Shown one piece after another: positions 33,684-44,028 of a DNA stretch of 64,000 nt; the first letter of the stretch is position 1; each line of letters begins with the position of its first letter. The translations under genes were made by a program, and so were the position numbers. The notes beneath the pieces are model-generated. The model saw nothing but the letters and a program-made list of their open reading frames with translations, made no database searches and had not been told where the DNA came from. The stretch covers positions 448,001 through 512,000 of the forward strand of contig OY969724.1 of NCBI GenBank assembly GCA_963702205.1, read 5' to 3'. Source of the DNA: an uncultured candidate division Zixibacteria bacterium. GTDB taxonomy: Bacteria; Zixibacteria; MSB-5A5; GN15; PGXB01.

Positions 33684-33890
33684 GGGGCTTTTGCCCGGCC
33701 GCACGGCGCGGTTTGGGTCATTCGGCTAAATATAGGCCGATGCCGGTTAAAGGCAAGCCAATTCAACACTTATATAAAACAAGACCGGTCCGCTTGGAGA
33801 ATTAATAAACACCGGCCTTGATAATCTGTCCCTTTTTTTATAATTTTCGTTTTCTGATATGGAACGGTAAATTAGAAACGAGGAAATATC

Positions 33891-35081
33891 ATGCAACCGA
33901 TTGAAATAGCCCCGAACGTATACTGTTTGAGCATCGTGGACTGGAACCTGCGCGACTTCCACGGCTATCAGACCGAAAAGGGATCGACCTATAATTCTTT
34001 TCTTGTCAAAGGTGAAAAGACGGTCCTGTTCGATACGACCAGGGCGTCGTTTACGAAAGAATATTTAGAAGGTTTAAAAAAGGTGGTCGAACCGTCGGCC
34101 ATAGATTTCATAGTCGTCAACCACGCCGAGATGGATCACTCCGGCGCGCTCCCGGAAGTAATCAAAGTCGTGCTGCCGGAAAAGTTGTACTGCACGGCCA
34201 ACGCGCAGAAAACTCTCTGCGCCCATTTCGACTGCGAGGGCTGGCCGTTTGAGACGGTAAAAGAAGGCGACACGCTCGATCTGGGCGGCAAGACGATTGA
34301 ATTCGTCGGCTCCCCGATGCTCCACTGGCCGGAGAGCATGGTTTCGTTTATCAAAGAAGATAAGGTTTTAATATCCAACGATATTTTCGGCCAGCACTTC
34401 GCCACCAACGAACGTTTCGACGATCTGGTCGAGCCGGGTGAACTGTACTTTCAGGCGGCCAAGTACTACGCCAATATCTTCTACCCGGTCTCGGCGGGGA
34501 TGCGCAAGTTCCTGGCCAGGCTGGAAAAGAAAGAGATTAAACCATCGCTTCTGGCTTGCGATCATGGCCTGCTCTGGCGCAAAGACGTTGATAAGATCAT
34601 GAATAAGTACGTCGACTGGTCGGAACACAGGAGCACTGCTAAAGCCGTAATCGTGTACGATACCATGTGGGAGAGTACGGCACACATGGCTCGGACCATC
34701 GCCGACGGTCTCGACTCCGATGGAATCTCCGTGCGCGTGTTCGACCTTCGCTGCAACAACCGCAGCGATATAATCACCGAAATTCTCGAAGCGCGGGCAG
34801 TAATTGTCGGTTCCTCGGTATTGAATAAAAATATCCTGCCGAAAATGGCCGACTTTCTGACCTATATGAAGGGTCTTTCTCCTCAGAACAAACTGGCGGC
34901 GGCCTTCGGATCGTACGGCTGGCAGGACACGATCGTCAAACAGCTGAACGGTATGCTCGAAGAAATGAAATTCGAGTTGGTCGACGACGGTGTCAGCTCC
35001 AACTACGTCCCCGGCGGCGAGGATCTCACCCGGTGCTTTGCTCTCGGGGAAAAAATCAGGGACAAAATTCGCGGTGCATAG
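33891..35081 (+). CDS. fprA: Flavodiiron protein (FprA family)
   Basis: NHAEMDHSG, LHWPES, SNDIFGQH, DHG diiron ligands plus flavodoxin domain (TMWEST, FGSYGW). Confidence 0.93.
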   Translation: MQPIEIAPNVYCLSIVDWNLRDFHGYQTEKGSTYNSFLVKGEKTVLFDTTRASFTKEYLEGLKKVVEPSAIDFIVVNHAEMDHSGALPEVIKVVLPEKLYCTANAQKTLCAHFDCEGWPFETVKEGDTLDLGGKTIEFVGSPMLHWPESMVSFIKEDKVLISNDIFGQHFATNERFDDLVEPGELYFQAAKYYANIFYPVSAGMRKFLARLEKKEIKPSLLACDHGLLWRKDVDKIMNKYVDWSEHRSTAKAVIVYDTMWESTAHMARTIADGLDSDGISVRVFDLRCNNRSDIITEILEARAVIVGSSVLNKNILPKMADFLTYMKGLSPQNKLAAAFGSYGWQDTIVKQLNGMLEEMKFELVDDGVSSNYVPGGEDLTRCFALGEKIRDKIRGA

Positions 35082-35084
35082 ACA

Positions 35085-36129
35085 ATGAACATTCTCATGG
35101 CTCTGGCCCAGATCGAGATGACCGGTGCGGAAACGTACGCCGTAGCCATCTGCGATGAACTGATCAATCGCGGTCATAAGGTCTATATAATGTCGGATAA
35201 TCTGAGCCGCAAGACCAGGGCGGAATATCACCCGATGCGTTTTTGCCTGAGGAACTACCCCAATCGCTACCGCATAATAAAAAAGCTCATGGCTTTCATC
35301 CGGGAGAAGGATATCGACCTGATTCACGCCCACGCCCGGGCCTCGAGCTGGGTTTCGTTCGTCGCAAGCCGCCTGACCGGGACGCCCATGCTGACGACGT
35401 TGCACAGCCGCCAGGCGATCCACTTATCCAAAAAGATATTTCCGGCGTTCGGCGACCTTTCCATAGCGATTTGCGAAAACGTGAAAACCCACACGGTCAA
35501 CCGCCTCGGTATCGACCCGGACAAAATAGTCATCCTGCGAAACGGTATCGACACCGATGCCTTCGCGCCGTCATTCGCCGAGACGAACAATCACAAACCG
35601 GTCGTATCCATTATCGGGCGGCTGTCCGGACCCAAAGGTGAGATTGCGTACCGCCTGATGGATGAAGTTTTCGAGTACCGATAAGTACACCATAAAATCA
35701 ATCGGAGGAAGCGATATACCGATTAAATTCGGGAAATTCGCAGGGAACGTGGAATTTATCGGCTACGTCGACGACGTTACCGGATTTATGGCGCAGTCCG
35801 ATGCCGTTGTCGGCGCCGGTCGGGTGGCGATGGAAGCAATCCTGATGGGCCGCCCCGTGGTGGCGGTGGGTGAAGACACCTCGCTGGGGTTTATTACCGC
35901 CGACAACGTCGGGAAGGCCCTGGCCAACAATTTCGGCGACTGGAACGAAGACGAAATAAAAACCCACGATCTCGCCCCGCTCAGGACAGATATCTTGAAA
36001 GCTATCGAGAAAAAGCGCTCCGACGACGAAGTTATTGCCAAAGTTAAAGATGAATTCGATATTAAACTAATTGTCGATCGCCTGGAAAAAATTTACCGGG
36101 GACAAATTGAATTAAAGAAAAAAAAATAA
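35085..36129 (+). CDS. GT4 glycosyltransferase (one extra base at 35675-35679; 347 aa corrected)
   Basis: TGAETY, IHAHAR, NGIDT, GRVAMEA; the junction restores EVFEYDKY, matching the paralogue's EVFEYGKY. Confidence 0.85.
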
Positions 36130-36177
36130 TTCACCCCTGAATATCGGCCCAATCTTCGGCCGATATGAGTACATATT

Positions 36178-37212
36178 ATGAATATCATCATGGCCCTGCT
36201 GCCGTCGGAATCATCCGACGCCGAAAAGTACGTTGTTAACCTGTCCGATGAACTCCTGCGCCGGGGCCACAACGTCTATATCTTAGCCGATACGATAACC
36301 CGCGACAGCGAAACCGAGCATATACCATTTCCCTTCTGCGAAATCGGTTTATCGAACTGCGTTCGGAATATCATGGCACTGCGGCGGTTTATTGCAGACA
36401 TCGAGATCGACCTGATCCACGCCCACGGGGCCGACCGAAGCGTATATTGGGCCGCGCGCACGAGCGGCATTCCGTTGGTGACGACCCTGCACTGCTTCCA
36501 ACCGGAGACCAAACGAAGTATATCTCCGTCACTTCACGGCCAGAGGACAGTTGTTGCGTGGGAGCAAATCAAGACGGCAGCGGTCGAAACCGGCGGGATA
36601 AAAGCAGATAAAATCGAAACTGTCACTACCGGGATCGATCCCGATCATTTCGCCCCACGGACTTTCAAGAAAAAATCCTCACGGCCGATCGTCATCCTGG
36701 TCGGCGGCCTGTCCGGCCACCGGGGGCAAATCGCTTTGAAAATGATGCAGGAAGTGTTCGAGTACGGTAAGTACAATGTTCGCGTCATCGGTGACGATTA
36801 TCTTCCGGCGGAATTCGCCGAGTTCGAAAATACGGTCGAGCTGGTCGGTGCCTCGAACGATCCGAGGCCCCACTTGGCCGAATCCGCCGTGGTGATCGCG
36901 TCAGGGTCGGCGGCGGTCGAGGCAATTATGATGGGCCGTCCGCTGGTGGCGGTCGGTCCGGCCCGGAGTTTGGGGTTGATCGACGAGGACAACATCGAAG
37001 AAGCTATCACCTGTGCTTTCGGTGATATCGACTGCAAAGGCCGTGTCCGTCACAATTTCGAGGTGATACAAAGAGATATCGGCCGGGGCATAGCGCAGAA
37101 GTATACCAGCGACGGCGTACACGAAATCGTATTGAAGACGTTCGGCCTCAAAAAAATCGCCGACCGAATCGAGAGCATCTACGAAGAACTTATCGAGCGA
37201 ACCAAAAAATAG
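36178..37212 (+). CDS. GT4 glycosyltransferase, tandem paralogue of the upstream gene
   Basis: Collinear similarity along the whole length (MNIIMALL, IHAHG, TGIDP, AVEAIMMGRP, FGD). Confidence 0.85.
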   Translation: MNIIMALLPSESSDAEKYVVNLSDELLRRGHNVYILADTITRDSETEHIPFPFCEIGLSNCVRNIMALRRFIADIEIDLIHAHGADRSVYWAARTSGIPLVTTLHCFQPETKRSISPSLHGQRTVVAWEQIKTAAVETGGIKADKIETVTTGIDPDHFAPRTFKKKSSRPIVILVGGLSGHRGQIALKMMQEVFEYGKYNVRVIGDDYLPAEFAEFENTVELVGASNDPRPHLAESAVVIASGSAAVEAIMMGRPLVAVGPARSLGLIDEDNIEEAITCAFGDIDCKGRVRHNFEVIQRDIGRGIAQKYTSDGVHEIVLKTFGLKKIADRIESIYEELIERTKK

Positions 37213-37285
37213 TTTTCTACCTTACGATTTTGTTACCCACCTAACGGACGGATGACTTTGATTTTGCACCAAATAGCGGTTGTCA

Positions 37286-37618
37286 CAGATTTTGTAGCCC
37301 ACCCAACGGGTGGTTCAATCTGATTTTACACTGAATACTAATGGCCTAAGGTAAAGGCCTGATCATCTCTTCATAAATATCTGGAAGGCCTTGATACCGG
37401 AAACCGTGGCGATCGAGACTATGGCGCCCGCGATCACCACTCCCCCGGCCAGATTTTGTAGCCCACCCAACGGGTGGTTCAATCTGATTTTACACTGAAT
37501 ACTAATGGCCGAAGGTAAAGGCCTGATCATCTCTTCATAAATATCTGGAAGGCCTTGATACCGGAAACCGTGGCGATCGAGACTATGACGCCCGCGATCA
37601 CCACTCCCCCGGCCAGAT
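37286..37618. repeat. 164-bp tandem duplication of a REP plus the 3' end of the adjacent gene
   Basis: 37286-37449 vs 37450-37613, 2 mismatches, CAGAT microhomology at all junctions. Confidence 0.92.
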
Positions 37619-38003
37619 ACCAGAATGATTTCCTGGCGTCGAGCTTCAGAATCCACGCCGCCAGTGTCCCGGTATAGGCGCCCGTCACGGGCAGTGGAAT
37701 GGCCACGAACAGCATCACCCCCCAATATCCGTATTTGACGACATTCTTCTCGGCCTTCCGGCGCGTGCGCTCAACCCATTTATCGAAGAGAACTTTATAG
37801 AAACCAATTTTATAGAACTGCTTGTGAAGAGTCTCCAGAAACAGGTAAACGATCGGGATGACCAGAATATTGGACAACACGCACAACACATACGCCGTCA
37901 CGAGTGAGATATCATTGGCCACGGCGTACGGAATCCCGCCGCGAAGCTCTGAAATCGGCAACAGCGACAGAATAAAGGCATATAGCAGCGGGTTACTTGA
38001 CAT
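37527..38003 (-). CDS. COG2426 small multi-drug export family membrane protein
   Basis: LPISELRGGIP and FVAIPLPVTGAYTG signatures. Confidence 0.88.
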   Translation of the reverse strand: MSSNPLLYAFILSLLPISELRGGIPYAVANDISLVTAYVLCVLSNILVIPIVYLFLETLHKQFYKIGFYKVLFDKWVERTRRKAEKNVVKYGYWGVMLFVAIPLPVTGAYTGTLAAWILKLDARKSFWYLAGGVVIAGVIVSIATVSGIKAFQIFMKR

Positions 38004-38201
38004 AGCATTCTTTCAATTCGGCGGCTAAGATATTAATAAACGGCCTCTTTTACAATAAATATAATTTTGTTTCGTTTCGGTGATGGTTTCGATTCGCCGC
38101 GTTCCTGGCAAGTCAATAATCGTGGCCGCCCGCCGATAATTAACCAAAAGAATCCGTATTTATTAAGACGGCCCGCCGTACGAAAAATAACCGAGGAATA
38201 T

Positions 38202-39050
38202 ATGTCCAAACCCGCCGGTAATGAACTCAAAATCGGTGAACTGCCGACATTGAAGATAGTCGATATCGAAAAGCTGCGATTCCACGAAAACCCCGATGAT
38301 TTCCGTAAGACTAAACTGGCGGAGAGATTTAAGGCCGAAAAAATCCTCAAGAACCCGCCAATCGTGGCCCAGCGCAACGGCGACGGCGAATATATCATCC
38401 TCGACGGCGCCAACCGGGTGACGGCTTTGGCAGATCTGGGGCTGAAACATATAGTCGTGCAGGTAGTCGATATCGACGACCGCCTACTGATAGTCGACAG
38501 CTGGCACCACGCCATCGAAAAGCTGGATCGGGAATTTTTCAAGAAACGTATCACCGAAATCGAAGGCGTCACCTGCTTCGATCAGACCGGGGATATCTCA
38601 GCCGATGATACAGAACGACTTTGCACGTTGATATTCTCCGATGGCCGGAGCTGTACGGTCGACTCCGATGGTGACCTCGGGACGCTGGTCGGCCGGCTTT
38701 CTCAGGTCACTGAATTGTACCTGCACGATGAAATTTACGACCGCGTCAGCTACATCAACCTGGAGCATCTTAAAATGCACTATCCCGATTTCCGGACGCT
38801 CGTTTCGTTTCGCAATTTCGACAAAGAAGAACTGCTCGAACTGGCTTTGAACGGTATCAAACTCCCCTCCGGTATAACCCGCGTCTTTCTGCCCAAGCGG
38901 GCGCTGGGCCTTAATATGGACTTGAAATTTCTGGAAGCCGACCGCTCACTCGAAGATAAAAATAAAGAGCTGGACGGTATGATCCTGTCCATGGTTCGCG
39001 CCAAATCGATTCGATTTTATCGCGAACCGACTTTCGCTTTCGATGAATAA
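38202..39050 (+). CDS. ParB/Srx-fold protein, SbnI/SerK-like putative free L-serine kinase
   Basis: LRFHE, NPPIV, ILDGANR..AL..LG, WHH, LPSGITR, RALGLN, RFYRE motifs; ATG 38202 with GAGGA RBS. Confidence 0.72.
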   Translation: MSKPAGNELKIGELPTLKIVDIEKLRFHENPDDFRKTKLAERFKAEKILKNPPIVAQRNGDGEYIILDGANRVTALADLGLKHIVVQVVDIDDRLLIVDSWHHAIEKLDREFFKKRITEIEGVTCFDQTGDISADDTERLCTLIFSDGRSCTVDSDGDLGTLVGRLSQVTELYLHDEIYDRVSYINLEHLKMHYPDFRTLVSFRNFDKEELLELALNGIKLPSGITRVFLPKRALGLNMDLKFLEADRSLEDKNKELDGMILSMVRAKSIRFYREPTFAFDE

Positions 39051-39075
39051 TTGTTTTCGATAAAGGAGAACCGAT

Positions 39076-40431
39076 ATGGACAACACCCGCTGCCTTTTGG
39101 ACGAAAAAGACCTGCCCAAAGCCTGGTACAATGTCATCCCCGACCTTCCCAAGCCGCTTCCGCCGGTTTTGCACCCGGGCACCAAACAGCCGATCGGTCC
39201 GGACGACCTGGCCCCCCTGTTTCCGATGGAACTGATCAAGCAGGAAGTCAGTACCGACTGCTGGATCGAAATACCCGAGCCGATTCGCGACGTCTACAAA
39301 TTATGGCGTCCATCGCCGCTGCACCGGGCCCGTCGCCTGGAGAAGCTGCTCGATACTCCGGCCAAAATATATTATAAAAATGAATCGGTCAGCCCGACCG
39401 GCTCGCACAAGCCCAATACCGCCGTCGCGCAGGCTTATTATAACATGAACGAAGGGGTTAAACGACTGTCGACCGAAACCGGTGCCGGACAGTGGGGCAG
39501 CGCTCTGTCGTTCGCCTGCAAAACGTTCAACCTCGGCTGTACCGTCTACATGGTCAAAGTCAGCTTCGAACAAAAACCGTACCGCAAGACGCTTATGCAG
39601 ATGTTCGGCGCGACCGTACACCCGTCGCCGACCAAGCTCACACGGGCCGGTCAGACCATTCTTAGTGACCACCCCGATTCCCCCGGTTCGCTCGGGATAG
39701 CAATAAGCGAGGCGGTCGAAGACGCCGCTACTCACGATGATACAAAGTACTCCCTGGGCAGCGTTCTCAACCACGTCTGCCTGCACCAAACGGTAACCGG
39801 GCTGGAAACCAGGATTCAACTTGAAAAGCTCGATATCTATCCCGACGTCCTGATCGGATGCGTCGGCGGCGGATCGAACTTCTCGGGTCTGATTTTTCCC
39901 TTCGTCAAAGATAAGCTGACCAATCACAAGAACCTCCGCCTGATCGCGGCGGAACCGAGCGCCTGCCCGACTCTGACCAAAGGCATTTATCATTACGATT
40001 TCGGCGACACGGTCGGTTTGACGCCGCTGATCAAGATGTACACGCTCGGCTCGAAGTTTATCCCGGCCCCGATTCACGCCGGTGGATTGCGCTATCACGG
40101 CGACGCTCCGATTTTGTGCCTGCTGCACGACGAAAAAGTGATCGAAGCCGTGGCGTACCGTCAGAACGATATCTTCTCGGCGGCCATAACGTTTGCGCAG
40201 GCCGAGGGTATTATCCCCGCCCCGGAAAGCGCACACGCCATCCGGGCGGCGATCGACGAAGCACTCAAATGCAAGGAATCCGGCCAGGCCAAAACGATTG
40301 TCTTTTTATTGAGCGGGCACGGGTATTTCGATCTGGCCGCCTACGAAAATTACAATTCGGGCAACCTGATCGATGCTGACTTCCCGGCCGAGCAGTTGAA
40401 AGACCTGTCCTCGAGACTGCCGCAGGTTTAG
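39076..40431 (+). CDS. trpB2: Type II tryptophan synthase beta subunit (TrpB2), stand-alone
   Basis: GSHKPNTA (PLP Lys), [41 protein letters not shown]; no trpA nearby. Confidence 0.93.
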   Translation: MDNTRCLLDEKDLPKAWYNVIPDLPKPLPPVLHPGTKQPIGPDDLAPLFPMELIKQEVSTDCWIEIPEPIRDVYKLWRPSPLHRARRLEKLLDTPAKIYYKNESVSPTGSHKPNTAVAQAYYNMNEGVKRLSTETGAGQWGSALSFACKTFNLGCTVYMVKVSFEQKPYRKTLMQMFGATVHPSPTKLTRAGQTILSDHPDSPGSLGIAISEAVEDAATHDDTKYSLGSVLNHVCLHQTVTGLETRIQLEKLDIYPDVLIGCVGGGSNFSGLIFPFVKDKLTNHKNLRLIAAEPSACPTLTKGIYHYDFGDTVGLTPLIKMYTLGSKFIPAPIHAGGLRYHGDAPILCLLHDEKVIEAVAYRQNDIFSAAITFAQAEGIIPAPESAHAIRAAIDEALKCKESGQAKTIVFLLSGHGYFDLAAYENYNSGNLIDADFPAEQLKDLSSRLPQV

Positions 40432-40458
40432 TATGAAATATATACCGGCAGGCGCGAA

Positions 40459-40609
40459 GAGGTTATTCTAAAAGTACCTTTTCAAGTTTCGCGGGGTCTT
40501 GACCCGACGCAGTCGGGATGTGACCCTGCGGTCTTCGATGGTTGCCGTCGGGTGACAATTTCGACAAAATCGAAATCAACACCCGACGGAACGCTTTTGG
40601 CACGGCCTA
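40459..40609. mobile_element. Second, more degenerate copy of the MITE of about 150 bp
   Basis: Internal sequence closely matches 22048-22200; ends GAGGTTATTCTAAAAGT / TAGGCCGTGCCAAAAGC; sits inside a CGGCAGGC...GCCTGCTG palindrome. Confidence 0.8.
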
Positions 40610-40645
40610 TAGAAGCCTGCTGAATTTATGGTCCGCAAATAATTT

Positions 40646-41185
40646 TTATTTAACTATCTTCGCTATCTGTTTGAACTGATCGCCTCCGGCTTTTCCGAGC
40701 ATCTCGAACAGAGACATTTCGGTCGTCGTAGGTACCGCCCCGGCGTCTTTCATACGTTCGATACCGATCCTGCGGTTCACTTTGTACCGTGACGACACGG
40801 CATCGACCACGAGATGTACCTCATAACCGGCCCTGATCAGGTCGACCGCTGTCAGATAAACGCAGATGTGCGTCTCGATACCGATCAGCAGTACCTGCTT
40901 GCGGCCGGTCTCTTTCAGCCTGTCCATAAAAGCGGGATTTCCACAGCAGGAGAAGCTGCTTTTGGGCAGTGGAGCGATGTCAGTCAGGACTTCTTTTAGC
41001 GGGGCAATGGTCTCGCCGAGTTTTTCCGGGACCTGTTCGTTCCAGATGATCGGAATCTCCAGGACTTTCGCCGCCTGAGCCATCCTGACCAGATTTTCAA
41101 ATAAAATATCTTTGTCTTTCATCAGGGTGGCCAGTTTGCCCTGAACGTCGACTATAACCAGCACGGCATTATTGGATGTAAGCAT
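40646..41185 (-). CDS. Isochorismatase-family cysteine hydrolase (YcaC-like)
   Basis: IVDVQGKL, KSSFSC, GIETHICV, DAVSSR. Confidence 0.9.
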   Translation of the reverse strand: MLTSNNAVLVIVDVQGKLATLMKDKDILFENLVRMAQAAKVLEIPIIWNEQVPEKLGETIAPLKEVLTDIAPLPKSSFSCCGNPAFMDRLKETGRKQVLLIGIETHICVYLTAVDLIRAGYEVHLVVDAVSSRYKVNRRIGIERMKDAGAVPTTTEMSLFEMLGKAGGDQFKQIAKIVK

Positions 41186-41282
41186 ATCTATTTCCTTTTG
41201 TTTGTTTGGCTATATAAACACCCGGATATGCTGGAGGTTCGGCACATATTTAATTCGAAATGGTAATTTAATACCGATTGGA

Positions 41283-43840
41283 TTAGCTGCAGATGGTTTC
41301 AGACACAGAAGCTTTATTCAGGGTTTCACACACCGTTTTATATAGCGCGTCCATTTTGAAAGGTTTGGCTATGCCGGCGTCGAATGCGTATTTTTGTGGA
41401 TTCGACATTATCGGGTCGCTCGAATAGCCGCTCGAAACGACGGCCTTAATATCGGGGTCTATTTCTCTCAAAATCAGAATGGCTTCCCGTCCACCCATAC
41501 CGCCCGGTATGGTTAAATCCATTATGATCAGATCGTATGGATTTCCAACTTCGCGCGCTTTCTTATAAAATTCTATGGCTTCGCTGCCGTTATCGGTGAT
41601 GTCCGCCGAGCAGCCGCATTTTTCCAAAGCCTTGACGGTCATCGTTCGGATCAATTCGTCGTCATCCATGATTAATACATGACACTTTTGCATGCACTTG
41701 TACGGCATCGGAGTTGCAGCGACGGACTTCACGGGAGAACCCGTCGCGGGGAGATAAATGGTAAACGTCGAACCTTTGCCAAGTATGGATTCGGCCATCA
41801 GATGTCCGTCATGCTTTTGTATAATGGAATAGGCGGTAGCCAATCCCAATCCGTTGCCCTTTTGTTTGGTCGTGAAGAAGGGATCGAAAATTTTCGATAA
41901 ATGCTGCTTTGAAATACCTATTCCCTGATCTTTGATTTCGATTTTGATATAATCCCCCGGCTTAAGCGGCAGTTGAGACGATTCCAATATATGGACACCA
42001 TTGGCGCTGATAACGATTTCGCCGCCGTCGGGCATAGCCTGGTCGGCGTTGATTATGATATTGCTCAGAACCTGGTTTATCTGACCGATATCGGCCTTGA
42101 CAGCGGCCAAATCCTCCGGGAGTTGAAAGCGGCAGCCGACATTGGAACCGTGAAGAACGAAGCGGGCCGACTCCCTGATAATGTCCACGATCGACGTGGC
42201 CTTCAAAATTGGAGTCCCGCCTTTGGCGAATGTAAGAAGCTGCTGGGTCAAATCGCGGGCATGAAGCGTTGCTTTTTCGGCATCGGCCAGGCATTGGCAT
42301 ATTTCGTTCCCCGATTCTGTCGATGACAGCGCCAGTGATATATTTCCAAGCACCGTTGTCAGGATGTTATTGAAATCGTGTGCTATGCCTCCGGCCAAAA
42401 GACCGATTGAATTGAGTTTTTCGCGGCGGACCAATTCCTCTTCCATTTTGCGCCGGCGGTAATGTCGACTATCATCGTCACCAATCGGGGTTTTTCACCG
42501 AGTTCAATCAATTCCGAAGAAACCAGGCAATCTCGTTGATTTCCCGCTGAATTTACGATCGTAACGGGATAATTCATGATATGTTTATTGGCCCTGAGAT
42601 GTTCGGCCATTTTCTCCCGGTCGCTCGCGGCATTCCAGATTCCGAGGTCCATGGTGTCAGAGCCTATAACCATATCCCGGCTGCATTGAACCAGGTCGTT
42701 GAAAGCTTTATTGGTGTCGATAACGACACCCGAATCGAGTTCAGTGACGAGCGTAGGAATCGGGCTGATCATAAAAATAGTGGAGAACATCTCCTCGGCG
42801 GCTTTACGGTTAGTCATGTCCTCGGTTAAGATTATTACCCGATCCACCTGACCGTCCTTATCTTTGACGGCGCAAAAGTGTTGGGAAACGAAACGCGAAC
42901 TTCCCGCTCGGTGGCTTTCCGACACGACTTCGGGGATATACAAATATCCGCCTTCTTCATAAATTCTTTTTACTTCATTCTGCCATTTGCCCAGATAGCT
43001 GTCCCTGGCGTCGAAGTTCAGACGCGATCGCTGCCGCGTCATGTAATCTCTGATGCCCTCGTCCGGAATGGCCCAGATTTTCTGCCAGGCATTGTTATAA
43101 CTCAACAGTCTGCCATAACGATCCCGTACGGAAATTCCGACCGGTGAATTTTCCACGACCACTCGATTTAATTCGTGCATTTCCTGAAGCGCGGCATCAG
43201 CCTGTTTGCGCTCGGTAATGTCTTTCAAAATGCCGTCGTAGTATAGCGGCTGGTTGTTTTCATCGAATATTACCCGGACGCTGGACGAAACCCAGAACGA
43301 TGACCCGTCGCGGCGTTTCAAACGAACTTCAATACCCTGGCCCGACCGCGTTCGGTGCAAATCGTCGTAAATCGTCTTGCGGTCGTTGGGATCGAAATAG
43401 ATATCCCGGGCGGAAATCTTTTTAAACTCCTCTTCCGAATCGTATCCGAATATTCTCGCCATCGCCGGATTAACCGACAAAAACCGGCCGTCGGGTGTCG
43501 AACGAAACACTCCCAATGGCAGGTTCGCCATGAGAGTCCGATATTTAGTCAGATGTTTCCTCAAGGCTCGTGAAACGGCCACCTTCTTGCGATTCGTCTT
43601 TTCAAGGTGTTCGGATGTCTGTCGCATCAATTCGAAATTCTGGAGCTGCTTTGAAGCGACACGCCGTAGAATTAACGCGAAGATCGAAGCGAGGGTGATA
43701 ATGGCGGGGATCGATATAATGAAAACAACGTGGGAGTGGAGGAAATACCCCACTTCCATGAGAATCACGATAATGCACGTGAATATTGCCAGCAGCAAAT
43801 AGATTTTATGAAAATCCGATTTATTCAGTTCTTTAAACAT
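41283..43840 (-). CDS. Hybrid PAS sensor histidine kinase/response regulator (one base missing near 42453-42459; about 852 aa)
   Basis: 2 TM plus 3 PAS in ORF 42383-43873; HDFNNIL, DPFFTTK, GLGL and REC in ORF 41283-42446; junction DIT-x-RRKMEEEL restored by +1 nt. Confidence 0.88.
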
Positions 43841-44028
43841 AGTCGGGCACTCAATCATCCAATTTGGCCACAAATTTCAAGACATATAAGTTTTCGGAAT
43901 TTTACGGGAATACTTTATGGCAATTTCCAACATTTGATCGGGATAATAAAAATGACGATTGAACTTGTCAGACGGGCCGTTGTTTCATTAATTTAGGAAC
44001 GAAAAAGAAATTCCCAGAAAGGAAAACC

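Noticed and set aside
37363..37725. 120-aa ORF with the same C-terminus as the COG2426 gene
   Set aside because: By-product of the 164-bp tandem duplication
38067..39050. Chromosome-partitioning ParB
   Set aside because: No GERRxRA arginine patch (has DGANR), no evident HTH, no parA neighbour; motifs fit SbnI/SerK better
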